A stretch of 64,000 bases of DNA from Felis catus (GCF_018350175.1 NC_058368.1:106704001-106768000), one strand, 5' to 3'; positions 1 to 12,836 are shown, counted from the first letter of the stretch. Notes: generated from the letters alone by a model not told the origin. Numbers and translations: made by a program.

Positions 1-1855
1 TTAGTCCACCTCTTTGAGAACATCATAGCTATCTCTTTACTTTGACCAGATGCCTCTTTTACTTCTTTCTTCTTTTTCTTTTTCTTTTTTTTTCTGTTTG
101 ACCCAAGTAAAAATCATTTGGAGGTTAAAATTAACAGTGTAATAAGAGGAAGGGTAAAGATTTATTTCTTCGAATTTGCTCTCAGTATCAAAATACCTTA
201 AATCTGGACTTTTCAGAAGCTCATAAACATTTCCAGCCATCAAATCCTAGTCTCTGTTTGTTTGTCTGCCAGTTCTTCACAGAAATAAAATGGGGCTGAC
301 TGTTTTGTCTGCTTTCTTACTTCCTTTGGCAGAGGTCTGTGTGTTAGCAGGAACGGTAAGGAAAATGAATGATTTCTATTATGTAAGGAAGACCTGAAAG
401 CCATAGCCAGCTTTCAAAAAATAATTAGAAGTGTCCCTAGGAAAAATTTTTACACATCTAATCCAGACATCTCAGTGACTATTCACTGATACAAGAAATA
501 TTTCCAGTTAGGATCTGAGGAAATAGGAATTTATTGAAGAAGTTTTGGTGTAAAGACATAAAAACTTGACTTGCACATTTAAAATTAGGTGTGAGTGTGG
601 TTACTGCCAAGATACCAAATCTAAAATTGGTTATGGTATTTGAGGCTAGTTTAGGTATATGACTTGTGACAGTCAGTAACATTTGCAGAGGTGATAGGAT
701 GTTCATATCATTGCTCGTTTGGGGTGTTCAGATTCAGAAAGAATTGTAATATATTTCTGTTTAAATATATTTATCTCAAATTAATGTGTGACTTCTGTTT
801 CCCTCGTGAAAGCTCACGGTATCAGTCTGAATGGGAATCATCTTCAAAAGGGCCTAAGTGCACCTACCTCTGGGCCGCACTATTTGCTGTACATGATCGA
901 GCCAATTTAAGTGAAACGCATCCTTCTTCTCTCTTCTAAGAAATACAGGCACAAAGGAGATAAAACTGCTCAACAGAAGTCATAGCATTATGAACAAGCC
1001 AAAGAAAGGCTCTTGTGTTGAGGAATGATAGCAACAACTTGGATTTAGTCCATTTAAGGAAATTGTCTTGTATGGGTTATACTAAATATCTGCACTGTGC
1101 AACTTTCAAATCGTAGTCACCTCCAGCTGTTCTAATTACTCATGTACAGGATGACACAAAGAAAGCTTTGTGTGCTATGGTCCACAGAGAAAAGATTTCT
1201 AGAAAATTCTTAATTTTAATAGTTTTATAAGGCACAAATACACAGTTCATGTTTGAGAAACATTGCTCATAAGGTTTCTATTTTTTTTTTTTTTTTAAGG
1301 CATGACTGTTCTGTATCATTTGACCTATTTAGGTCAAGCACTTACAGGCACGGAGTGTCAAACTATCGGTTGGGTGATCTACTGAGTATGCCTACTTTCA
1401 GACTTTTTAAAGGTCCAGAATTGAGAAAATGGTTTTAAAATTAGCAGTGTGTGCAATAAAGCCTTCATTTACTTATACCAATATGTCTAATTGTAGCTCT
1501 TCCCTTATGACTTCAGGCTGATGTATTAACATATTAAACACATGATTCAACTTTGTATAATTCGACTTTGCCTTTGTGCAATGGAATCAGAAAGTTTCCG
1601 TGTATTCACATTGATCTTTGCGCTGTTTCCCCTTCCTCCTTTTAATGCCTTAGGTATAGTATGTTGCTGTGTATTGACTTCATGAATATCTTTTCTGAAC
1701 AGGAAACTTCATACTTTAGCATGACTTTGTTGTGTTCTTCTATGAAAACATAATATAGAGAAGGCACATGAGATTGAGAGCCAGAGGCCCCACTGGGCTC
1801 AAGGCATAGCTTCACTTTCACTCCTGCTAGGTACTCTTTTTCCATTCCCTTAAAC

Positions 1856-2608
1856 TTTTTTTTTTTAATTTTAGTGTGGTTGACTTATAGTGTTATACTA
1901 GTTCCAAGTGTACCACATAGTGATTTGGCAACCTGTACATTATTCAGTGCTCACCACAATAAGTGGAGTTACCATCTCTCACGCTGCAAAGCCAGTACAG
2001 TATTATTGACTGTACTCCCTTTGCTGTAATTTTCATCCCTATGACTCATGTATTTTATAAACAAGAAGTGTGTACCTCTTAATCCCCTTCTCCTGTTACA
2101 CCCATCACCCCACCCCCCTTCCTCTGGCAACCACCAGCTTATTCTCTGTACTTATGAATCTGTTCATGGTGGGGGTTTTTTGGGGGTTTTTTGTTTTTGT
2201 TTTTGTTATTTTTTTAAGATTCCACATTTATGTGAAATCATATAGTATTTGTATTGCACTGTCTGACTTACTTAACTTAGCATAATGCCCTCCAGGTCCG
2301 TCTATGTTGTGAATGGCAAGATTTCATTCTTTTTTATAGCTGAGTGATAGTCCATTGAATATATATCCCATCTTCTTTATTTATTCGTTTTATGATGGAC
2401 ACTTGTGTTGCTTCCTTATTGTAAATATTGTAAGTAATGTTACATTAAACATAGGGGTAGATATATCTTTTCAATTTTTCATTTTTTTGAGTAAATAACT
2501 AGCAGTGGAATTACTGCTCTGATATGAGATATGAGATCATAGGAGATCATATGAGATATGATATCTCTATTTTTAATTTTTTGTGGAAATCCTTGGTGTT
2601 TTCCACTT
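1856..2608 (-). mobile_element. L1 3' end, 5'-truncated (carnivore L1/L1MA-like)
   Basis: Starts with poly-T, then typical antisense L1 3'UTR text (tctggcaaccaccagct, ttccacatttatgtgaaatcatatagtatttg, ggcaagatttcattcttttttatagctgagt). Confidence 0.85.
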
Positions 2609-2904
2609 TTACACCATAGCTTCTTTATTTGCAACATAAGCATGACCAGTCACATCACAGGGATAAAGAGCTAAATGTCACAGCTCTTATTTTCAAGAGG
2701 CAACCAGTGTATTATTTTAGACAGACTGGTAAGTGAGTAATTATACTGAGGCATGATGGGAACTCTGCCACACTCGGTACACAAGAAACTAGGTTCTGAT
2801 ATCAGGGGGCTGAGCCGCAAAGATCAAGCAGCAGCAAAGATGACAGCAAGATGACAGACTTACATCTCTGGGGAAAAAGGGGAACAGCGGGTGCAGGTTA
2901 TGAT

Positions 2905-3110
2905 AATGGACTTTGGAGTCTCTGCCTGTGTTCACGAACTTAATGCTACCACTTCCTAGCTGTGTGATTTTGGAAAACTTACTTTCTCTCCCGCAACTTC
3001 ATTTACGGTATACGAAATGGGGATAGTGACACCCAAACCTCCGGTCTGTTGTCAGAATTAAACGAGATCATGTGTGAAAATGAAAAACTCGTGTGAAGTT
3101 TTTAGTACAT
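2905..3110 (+). mobile_element. MIR fragment
   Basis: MIR core-like ggactttggagtc...accacttcctagctgtgtgattttggaaaacttacttt...aaatggggata...gaattaaacgagatcatgtgtgaaa. Confidence 0.7.
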
Positions 3111-4218
3111 ATGGTTAGAGAAGAACAAGTTTCAGGCAAAAGGAGCAATGCATGCAGGGGTATAAAGGCAGGAGAAGGCATCAGCTGGGGGAGCTGAAGC
3201 CAAATGTTTGCAGTGTGGATGGGAGATACAACCTTTGAAAGATAGTCATGGACCTGGATGATGAAGGTACTTCCTTGTGTGTTCGATGGTAAGGACTTTA
3301 CCTGGGAGCAATATGTGGTCTTTCAAGATTTTAAGCAGGCAAGTGACATTATTAATATATATTACATTACATTTTATTGTAAACCTATGAGTATGTCTAG
3401 GACTCACTGTTACAAGTAGATTTATAGAACTAAAGAAGAATGATCTATTTGAGCAGGACATAGAGATCATCTCTATTCTTAGAGACATCTCTAACTTAAC
3501 CAGACAACTACTGAAATGATTTCCATATGTCATCCATAACTGTTGTGGACATTATTGTCACCATGTGTATAGGGTATTATAGAGAGCACATGGTGAGCAT
3601 TGATGACTAAACATTTTTCAAATTTCTTCACTAACTGGAAGTGTGTGGTATCAACTGTGTTGTTCTTATACATGCATATGGGTAGAAAACCGTCTCAAGA
3701 TTTGGAAGATGAAAAACGAGCTTAGCATAGTTGATGTAGACCCTGAAGCCATCAAAGAAAGCAACCTGATAAAAAGATTACTTCAATATGCATGGTTCTT
3801 ACACAATGGTTAACTTGTATGATGGAGTCTACCATGAAGCTGAGATTCTTAAGAAACATTCTAGAATGTTCCATGCAGTCTATTTAACTATACCATGAAA
3901 ATAAGGATGTAGCATACTGACAGATGGGGACTGGGACAGTAAAGGAAACAAACTTTTTTCTCTCTCTTACTTTGTTCCAATCTCTGTTCTAACCTCTCTC
4001 TTTTCAGGTGTTTAGTAACTTGTATTCATGTGTCTCACAGTCACTTCAGACTTAATAAATCTAAAGCTGAACCCATTACCTTCCTTCCCAAAGTCCCCTG
4101 TTGTTGTCTTCCACTATCTACTACCTGGTCACTCAAAGATAAAAATTGAACACCCCCACCCCCACCTTCCCCACTCCGCACAAGCCAAAACAAATAACAG
4201 CAACAAGAGAATAATTCT

Positions 4219-4432
4219 GGGGTGCCTGGGTGGCTCAGTTGGTTAAGCATCCGACTTTGGCTCAGTTCATGATCTCCTGGTTCATGAGTTCAAGTCCCAC
4301 GCCGGGCTCTGTGCTAATGGCTCACAGTCTAGAGCCAGCCTGGAACCTGCTTCGGATTCTGTGTCTCCCTTTCTCTCTGCCCCTCCCCTGCTCTCACTCT
4401 GTCTCTCTCTCAAAATAAAAACATTAAAAAAA
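4219..4432 (+). mobile_element. CanSINE (SINEC)
   Basis: GGGGTGCCTGGGTGGCTCAG tRNA-like head, CT tract and A tail; degenerate TSD agaataattct/agagtaattct. Confidence 0.93.
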
Positions 4433-5649
4433 GAGAGAGAGTAATTCTAACCACTTCCCCTTTTTTCCCCCTAAGTCAGATTAATTTTACTTGTGATGAT
4501 GACTACTTTCTAATATTTGCCTATCTTCTCATGCTTTCTATTCCTACCACTGCCTGATTTTTACATATAAGATCAGTGACATATCCACATAGGAGAGCTA
4601 CGTCTGTATTTTTCCCTCCATGGTTTATTTGGTGTTGACTCTGCCAAAGTGAGTCTGTTCATCTACTTGTAGAAATGTCTGCGACTAAATATTACAAGTA
4701 TATATAACAACATACTAATATATAACTAAGTACCTTTAAGATTATGATTAGAAAACTGCAGAATTCATTGCTAATTGGCAGACATCTCAAGATACAGATA
4801 AAGTCAGTTTCTTATGCTGCCTGTCATCATCTTTGGTTTCAACTACTCGTACTAAATATGGATCTATAAAGTGTACTTTTAACTCTTGTGATCCTGTTGA
4901 AGATGGCTAGTGTTGTTTTTGTCTTTTTGCATTGTCATGATTCATGACATAATGCTTCTTTTCATTAAATAATGACTCTTTGCTTTTCTTTTTATAACAC
5001 TTTCATTAACTTTGTTAACTGACTCTACTTGGGTAAAACTTTGTTTATCAAGTAGATTTTAGTCTGGGTCACTGCAAAAAAAGAAAAAAATGAAACCGTA
5101 AATTATGATGATAACTCAGAACAGTGAAGTTCCCAGTAATGGTAGTGGAGTCCAGTTCATGTTAGATCTCAGAGATGACTCAGTTGGGCCTAGAAGGCAG
5201 TAATAGAAGGGAACCAATAGTTCAAAAATTCAAGATATAAATTAATTCTGGCACCGTGGAAAGATGTTAGAGGGTAAGAAAGGTGGAATAGTTTGCAAAG
5301 TGGAATAGAATAGACTTGAGTTGAATTGACAAGCCACTGCCAAAGTACTTAAAACAAGACAAGGAAAGCAATTTATCAGAAGCCACCACAGTGGACTAGA
5401 ATTATGAGAGTATGTACTTAGAAATTAAAAAAAAAAATTAGAGACACCCGGGGAAACATGACTAATTGAACACAGAGATTTATCTCCATGAAACTCTACT
5501 AAACACACATGTTTACTTCTGGGGATTCCATTAAAATTGTAGTAAAGAAATATGAAAGACGTTGGCCCACGAGTATAAGTTTGGGAAAGGAGGTGGTAGC
5601 ACTTTAATGACATCAACCGAATTTTGGTATATGGCAAGGAGCAGAACAG

Positions 5650-6800
5650 GTAATCAGTGATTTAAGAATGGATTGTAGAGATGGTTGCCCAACTGTAGAA
5701 ATTGATTACAACTAACTGAATTGTACATCACTGGCTACATGTTTTGTCATATATATTATATCTCAGTAAAGCTGTTAAAATAGTAAGTTTCATTATTGAA
5801 GTACCCCATGCATACAGGAAATTGCACAAATGATGTGTCCCAACTGCTAAATTTTCCCAAAATGAACATAACGATGTAGTTATCACTCAGATCAGAATAT
5901 AGAAAATGTCAGTACAACAGATGTCCCCCTAGGCCCATTCCTAGGCACTAATATCTCTTACCTCAAGATACTTACTCTCCTTCTAACATCATGTCTTCCC
6001 AGTTGTTATGTTTCTGTAAATGGAAGAATACAACACCTACTCTTTTGTCATTGGCTTCTTTGCTCAATATCCTCTTTGTGAGGTTCATCCATGTTCTTGC
6101 ACATTGTAGTAGTTGGTTCATTTTCTTTGTTCTAGAACATTCCATTGTATGGGTAGGCCAAAATTTCTTTATCCATTACACTATTGATGGTTATTCAAAT
6201 TAAGAACAGTACTACTGTGAATAATTTTTACATGTGATTTATATGCATTTCTGATAAGTGTATCTTTCAGATCACTGATCACTGGGTATGCAAATGTTAA
6301 ACTTTACTGGCTACCGCTTGCTCATTTTTCAGTGTTTATCCTAATTTAAACTCACAGTATGTATGTGCCGGGACTTTCAGTTGTCTCCACACTCTTGACA
6401 ACACTTAATATAATCATCTCTTTATTTTAGCCATTCTAGAGAGTTTAGTTAATTTAATTAATTGTGATTTAAATTTGCATTTCCCTGAAGAGTAATGAGA
6501 CTGAGCACCTTCTCATATGCTAATTAGCCATTTGGATGTCTTTCTTTGTGTGAAAAATGGCTGGTCAAGTCTTTTGCCAATTTTTCATTTGGGTTATCTG
6601 TTACTAATTTAGAGTAGCTTTTAATTTGTTCATGATGGAAAAGTATTGTAAATATCTTCTCCCACTTGGTGGCATGCTTTTCATTCTGATAGTGGCATGT
6701 TTTAATAAACATTTTACATTTTTATGTAGTTAAATGTATAAATACATTTATTTGTGGTTACTACTTTTATTTGGCCTTGTTTGAAGAAATCTTTATTTCC
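5650..6800. mobile_element. Two old L1 3' fragments tail-to-tail (+ to about 5780, - from about 5785)
   Basis: ttatatctcagtaaagctgttaaaa is a sense L1M terminus; antisense L1 3'UTR/ORF2-end text follows (tttgcatttccctga...gagcaccttctcatatg...gccatttggatgtc). Confidence 0.7.
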
Positions 6801-6989
6801 CTATGTGATCCTGATGGAAGGCAGAACTGAGTCTTTTGTAACCCATGCATAATGTTTTAGTAATTAAGGGCCACTGCCTGAAATGAGGATGTGTGAGGTA
6901 GTCACTTCAGGCACTCTCTTCAAGTAGACCTTTGTTTTGTCACTGGTTTCAAAAAGAAAATAGTGATTTTTTTATTGGATTATTTTATT

Positions 6990-7172
6990 TATACGGACTC
7001 TGTGCTAAGAATTTTACTAATGCAACCTTATTATAGGACATCAACACTAGAAAGTAGATGTTGCTATTGTTCAGATGAGGAAATCAAGGCTAACTGACTG
7101 ATGTTAGTTTCCCAAGTAGCAGAGCCAATAAGTGATACAAGTCTATCTAGTCTATTTGATTCCAAAGCCACA
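6990..7172 (-). mobile_element. MIR fragment
   Basis: ctgtgctaagaattttac...cagatgaggaaatcaaggct...tgattccaaagcc. Confidence 0.6.
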
Positions 7173-7275
7173 CTCCAAAACCAGATGCCCTTTTAGCTTC
7201 CATGTATTCAGGGAACTTATTTGGTCTTGCTTACCATTATATTATCAACATATCTTGGCATTAAATAAACATTTT

Positions 7276-7705
7276 TTTAAATGTTTATTTTTTTTTCAAC
7301 GTTTATTTATTTTTGGGACAGAGAGAGACAGAGCATGAACGGGGGAGGGGCAGAGAGAGAGGGAGACACAGAATCAGAAACAGGCTCCAGGCTCTGAGCC
7401 ATCAGCCCAGAGCCCGACGCGGGGCTCGAACTCACGGACCGTGAGATCGTGACCTGGCTGAAGTAAGACGCTTAACCGACTGCGCCACCCAGGCACCCCA
7501 AATGTTTATTTATTTTTGAGAGAGAGAGAGAGAGAGAGAGTGAATGGGGAAGGGGCAGAGAGAGAGGGAGACAGAGAATCCCAAGCAGGCCTCACGCTGT
7601 CAGCAAAGAAACCTATGTAGAGCTTGATCTCACGAACTGTGAGATCATGACCTGAGCCGAAATCAAGAGTCAAACACTTAACCAACTGAGCCACCCAGGT
7701 GCCCC
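7276..7705 (-). mobile_element. Older CanSINE (host of the nested young copy; body 7500-7705)
   Basis: gaaatcaagagtc-type head; TSD ttaaataaacatttt (7261-7275) / ttaagtaaacatttt (7706-7720). Confidence 0.9.
7291..7499 (-). mobile_element. Young felid SINE (SINEC_Fc-like) nested in the tail of an older SINE
   Basis: CpG-rich, with the diagnostic tttcaacgtttatttatttttgggacag and gacctggctgaag; TSD aaatgtttattt at 7279-7290 and 7500-7511. Confidence 0.93.
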
Positions 7706-7803
7706 TTAAGTAAACATTTTGAAAAAATTATTGAAGAAACGGAAATTTTGTATTCACTTTGCCAATATGGAGTCACATTGGAAAATCCATTTCTCTATTG
7801 CAG

Positions 7804-7976
7804 ACAAAGGAAGACCTAGATCTAAAAAAATAACAGAAAGTGGAAGAGGGAAACGATATTCATACAAATTACCTCAAGAATACAACATAGAGACTGTAGT
7901 GGTTGCAGACCCAGCAATGGTTTCCTATCATGGAGCAGATGCAGCCAGGAGATTCATTCTAACCATCTTAAATATG
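7804..7976 (+). CDS. ADAMTS19: ADAMTS19 coding exon (end of prodomain, furin site, start of metalloprotease domain), 173 nt, phase 1 to 0
   Basis: Acceptor ttctctattgcag|AC and donor ATG|gtaggc. Translates (D)KGRPRSKKITESGRGKRYSYKLPQEYNIETVVVADPAMVSYHGADAARRFILTILNM, with the RGKR proprotein-convertase site (7845-7856) and the ADAMTS ETxVVAD motif; recognised as ADAMTS19. Confidence 0.96.
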
Positions 7977-9620
7977 GTAGGCAAACTTTAAAGTGCGCTT
8001 GGAATTTTTTCAAGAAAACTCTAAGGAAGAAATGTGTGAGTATAATGACATTCTTTAAAAATTAATTCATTACTATTCCTTTCTTTTATTGACATCAGTA
8101 AAAAAATGCTTTGGGTATACCAGATATCTTAAAAGAAATATCAAAAGTAATAATTCACATCTTCTAGTAAAAGAAACCATCCTTATTGTTGATTTCAATG
8201 TGGCAAACTCTTTCTCTGTTATTCTTTTGTCTATTCTTTCATGACCTTCTTTTCATTCTCTTTTATAAAAGGCCATTTGCTGAAATTAGAAATGTTATGT
8301 ATTTTTTTTTGTACGCATGGCCCCACCCAAAGTATTAGACATTATGTGGTGGAACAAAAATGGAGGTTGGTAATCCACTGATAGGTATGTAAAATTTGAT
8401 GTCAGATATAATACTAGTTTATGAGTAAGACCTAATAGCAAATAGCTAAATTTTTTAAGCAGGTGGATCACACATAGCTAACTTCAGTTAACAGTTTCTG
8501 AACTGCAGAAATCTAGTTTGTACCTAGTATCATACAGATGTTTACCACCAAATGAATCCTTTGACTTAATTATATACCCTTTGGTTAAACTTTCTGCAAG
8601 GCAGAATTAAAAGGTCGGAGTGAAGAGCCGTTCTTAGGGGAGAATGAACATCAATAAATGCCAAAGGCAAATGCCCATTTATGATTCCAGTTACCATATA
8701 AGGCAGGGTAAGAACCACTGATTCAGGGATAAATATATTATGTTTTGTAAAATTCTATTTTTACTGTTTTTGCTCATTTTTACTATTTGGCTTATTTGAG
8801 CAGGGAACACATTTGCCCACACTTCAGTCATTTCTTACCATGTTCAGCTACCTCCAGAACATTCCACCAGCAGTCTGTTACAGGGTAGGCTAATACAGCC
8901 TACCAGCTTTAGTTTCTTCTAAGTAGTTCTATCTCCAAAAGTATGGGTTTTACGTGTCAGCTTTCTGTTTTCTATTACAAGTTAAATAAATATTAAATTC
9001 TACAAAAAATGAAGTACCACATAAAAATTCACCTTGCTTTCCAGCCCTGCTGCACACACCATAGTTTGGGAAAAACAGTTATAATGAGGATCTGAAACCA
9101 TTAATCAACAGTGGCCTGCAAGCTTGTCTTCCTGGGTAACATTGAAGAGAAGAGCTTTGAAAACCCTTTTCCTATTTGGCAGCTAGCTTAGAGAGAGAGA
9201 AAACTACTCCAAGGAATGAATTGGGAGGTGGCATAAAGCAGGCTCAGTTTTCAGGACTGTTTCTCAGAAAAAAGGAGGACACTGGCATTTTGTGGTCTTA
9301 AGAAACATTCTAGGTTTTAGTTACTAAAATGCTTGTCTTCAGTATTGTGAAAAGCCCAACCTTCCCTCTGTATCCCATTGAAATGGCATAGACAATCAAG
9401 ACTGCAGTGAGTTTCTCAGAAGGCTAGGTCTAAATTTCTTGGTATTTAAAATGAATTAGCTATGTTATTCTTGCTTATTAAGCTAATTTTAAAATTATTT
9501 AAGTGGTTTTAAATATAAGATTTCTCACCTAAATTGAGACTTCTCCCATATCTGGACTTTAAGAAAAATAAATATGATTTCAAGTTTTATTTTAGGATTT
9601 TTATTTTTATTTGTTTTTAG

Positions 9621-9704
9621 GTTTTTAACCTTTTCCAACACAAGAGTCTTGGTGTGCAGGTCAATCTTCGTGTGATAAAGCTTATTCTGCTCCATGAAAC
9701 TCCA
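9621..9704 (+). CDS. ADAMTS19: ADAMTS19 coding exon, 84 nt, phase 0 to 0
   Basis: ttgtttttag|GTT...CCA|gtaaga; VFNLFQHKSLGVQVNLRVIKLILLHETP continues the frame of the previous exon. Confidence 0.96.
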
Positions 9705-10387
9705 GTAAGAAAGTCTTGAGTTTTTTGTTCAATTAATTGGGTGAGAAGTTGTGTTCAGATGCTTTTAAGTAAAGTGAATGTTAGGAGTGTGCTTTTTATT
9801 GACTTAAAAATCCAGAAATATCCACTAAGTCACTTAAACTATACATAAAACTGGCCTTTAGTTTTGGTTAATACCTCAGTTTTATTCTAAAAATGGAATG
9901 TTCTTAGTTTCCAAGGATCCTAACAACAAACCTTAACTTTCCAAGATGTAATTTTTAAAAGTGATTTTTAATGAGAGTTTTATTTTCTTATTTAAACATG
10001 TGCTTTTGAAACGTTTTCTTATCTGTAATTCATTTCAGAGAATACTCTGTGGCATCATTTTAGTATGCTACTTAACTAGAACTTTGAGAAAACTTTGTTC
10101 TTAAATTGTAGAAATAAAATTAAGTTATTTAAGCCAGAAAGTTCCACATTCTTACAACACCTCTCTCCTTTTTCAGAGTAACATTGAACAGATTTTGTAG
10201 TTATTGTACCCTCCCAAAGTTGCACGATTTTCAGCTGAGGCTAAATTATTTCTGAATGTCTTCCAGGTTCTAATTACTGTTGTTATGGTCAGCGGTCCGC
10301 TTTAGTAATTCAGGAAGTCTCGTCAGTTTTTAGTTTTTTGTATATCTGAAAATAATTTGCCTTGAAGTGAAATCTCTTCTCTTGTAG

Positions 10388-10545
10388 GCAGACCTATATA
10401 TTGGGCACCATGGAGAGAAAATGCTAGAGAGTTTTTGCAAGTGGCAGCATGAAGAATTTGGCAAAAAGAATGATATACATTTAGAGATGTCTACAAGCTG
10501 GGGAGAGGACATGACTTCAGTGGATGCAGCTATACTTATAACAAG
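10388..10545 (+). CDS. ADAMTS19: ADAMTS19 coding exon, 158 nt, phase 0 to 2
   Basis: cttctcttgtag|GCA...ACAAG|gtaaat; ADLYIGHHGEKMLESFCKWQHEEFGKKNDIHLEMSTSWGEDMTSVDAAILIT(R), with the ADAMTS LxSFCxWQ and DxAILITR motifs. Confidence 0.96.
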
Positions 10546-10778
10546 GTAAATTTTCCAAAGCCAATTAAATGACATTCCTAATTCGATGGCTGTGCTGTTA
10601 ATCGGATTAATTTCTTCAGAGAATGCTTTTATTCCAGATTTTGTGTTCCAAAAAACTTTGGCATAATGATTTTAGTCATCTCCCTCAATTCATAATAACT
10701 GATTTCTGAATAGGCACATTTTGGATGGCATATTAACAAAACTTTTGGCTAGTTAATTTAAAAAATATTTTACCCTCA

Positions 10779-11010
10779 GGGCGCCTGGATGGCTCCGTCG
10801 GTTAAGCGTCCAACTTCAGTTCAGGTCATGACCTCACGGTTCATGAGTTCAAGCCCTGTGTCGGGCTCTGTGCTGACAGCTCAGAGCCTGGAGCCTACTT
10901 TGGATTCTGTGTCTTCCTCTCTCTCTGCCACTCTCCCACTCACACTCTCTTTCTCTCTGAAAAATGAATAAACATTAAAAAATTTAAGAAAATAAATAAA
11001 ATTAAAAAAA
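10779..11010 (+). mobile_element. CanSINE
   Basis: Full head-body-tail; TSD aaaaatattttaccctca / aaaaatactttaccctca. Confidence 0.93.
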
Positions 11011-12610
11011 ATACTTTACCCTCAATTTTTGACATGAAGACATAGCCATTGATGATGGGAAGTGAACACTATGGTGAATTTTGGTGGCACTTCACAACAA
11101 GCCTATATTGTATGTTTTTCAGTCATCACCATAGAGATAAAGCACCCAATATATTAAACTCAGTAATTGATAAACTTTCTGGTACCACCTGAGAAAAAAG
11201 TTTCAGTTAAATCTCTAGCTGATTAATTCTTGGCTCCACTGTGAATGTACTCCTAACAAACATTTGTCATGCAGCATTAAAGGCAAATATAAAAAGATGA
11301 AACAGTGAGCAACAATATGCTCTTTATGGGCACTCTGTGTTATTAATTATTCGTAAATTTTTTGTTTAAAACTATTAAAAATGAATAGTAATTCATTATT
11401 CACTAGCGGTTTAATTTTAGCATCAGCAATGTTGACATTTCCCATCACAGAATACACACTAACATCTGAATATGATTTTCTGTAACAGGTCTGTTGAATT
11501 CATGATAGCATCTTATTGCTGAATTATACAAAAACTCTTCTAGTTCTGCATGATTCACGAAGGTGAAAAAAATCTGTTGTAAGAACACAATTGGACTTCC
11601 ACTTCCAACTGTGTAGGTGTACCTGCGATTGGACTTTTACAGTAAATAGCCATAAAACTGAAGAGTATTTATGAGACAAGTGCTTTTAAGTCACTGGAGG
11701 ATGAGCAGTGCAAGACTGCAACTTTGAAAGAAGGAAAATTTATTAAGGGAGCCCCACAGTCAATCCAGATTATTGCCTGGGAACAGTTTTTTGACTGGTA
11801 TAGCAAGCTAGAATCTAGGTAGAGCCCAGTGGTCCTGCTGAAGGTACTGTAGATGAGGATCCTATGCAGAGAATGATGCCAAGAAGCTTGTGTGCAGATC
11901 ATCTTGGAGAACTTTGCAAGACTGGTCTGAATATCCATAGATAGAAACTTTCCAAAAGCATCAGAGTCCTACAGCTATGGAGTTGAGATTGTTAAAGGAC
12001 ACTAGGAATTGAGTAGATTCAGGCTTTGAGAGTGGAGCGACCTTATTAGTACCTTGTCATTACTCCTGGTATTTAGCTGAAAAAACACAAAAGCTGAGCC
12101 TTCCTAGTAGGGACTTTGATCCAGAGAAATGTCTACTCCTGACCTGCCCTAACAAAGCCTGAAACCAAGCACCTGTAAGGTATTTATGAGAGATAGACTG
12201 TGGAGGTTTACAAAAGCTTGGGAATTATCTTGAGCATTAGATAGATCCTCCCTACCAAGGAATAAACTCAAACCTCCCACATTCAGAGTGACGAGCCAGT
12301 AATTGAACTGGCTCCTAAAACAAGAATCAGTTCTCTTCAGAGGAAGATAAAAGAATCCTGAATCTCTGTAACATATCTACATTGTCTGAAACATAATAAA
12401 AACCAGTCAAGCAAAGAAACATGAAAATGTGACCCATGGTGAAGGAAAAATAGTCAATAGAAACTGACCCTGAGATAATTCAGATGTTGGATTTACTGAT
12501 TAATGTAGTTGTAATTGGAATCTCAGAAGAAGAATGAGAATAGGTAAGAAAAATTATTTGGACCTGCAATGGCAAAATTGTTTCCCACATTGATGGGAAA
12601 AAACCCTTTA

Positions 12611-12836
12611 TTATTATTATTAAAAATTTTTTTTAAACATTTATGTATTATTGAGAGACAGACACAGAGTGTGAGCAGGGGACAGGTAGAGAGAGGGGGA
12701 AACACAGAATCTGAAATAGGCTCCAGGCTCTGAGCCGTCAGCATAGAACCCGACGTGGGGCTCGAACTCACAAACTGCAAGATCATGACCTGAGCCGAAG
12801 TCGATTGCTTAACCAACTGAGCCACCCAGTCGCCCC
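12611..12836 (-). mobile_element. CanSINE
   Basis: Antisense SINE; aaaacccttta flanks both sides. Confidence 0.92.

Noticed and set aside
3985..4012. Strong acceptor ctaacctctctcttttcag|gtg as an extra exon or recursive splice site
   Set aside because: No good downstream donor or ADAMTS-like frame; the GT context is weak and the following sequence looks L2-derived.
7719..7991. Stand-alone 90-aa ORF
   Set aside because: It is the ADAMTS19 exon read with flanking intron; its start and stop are intronic.
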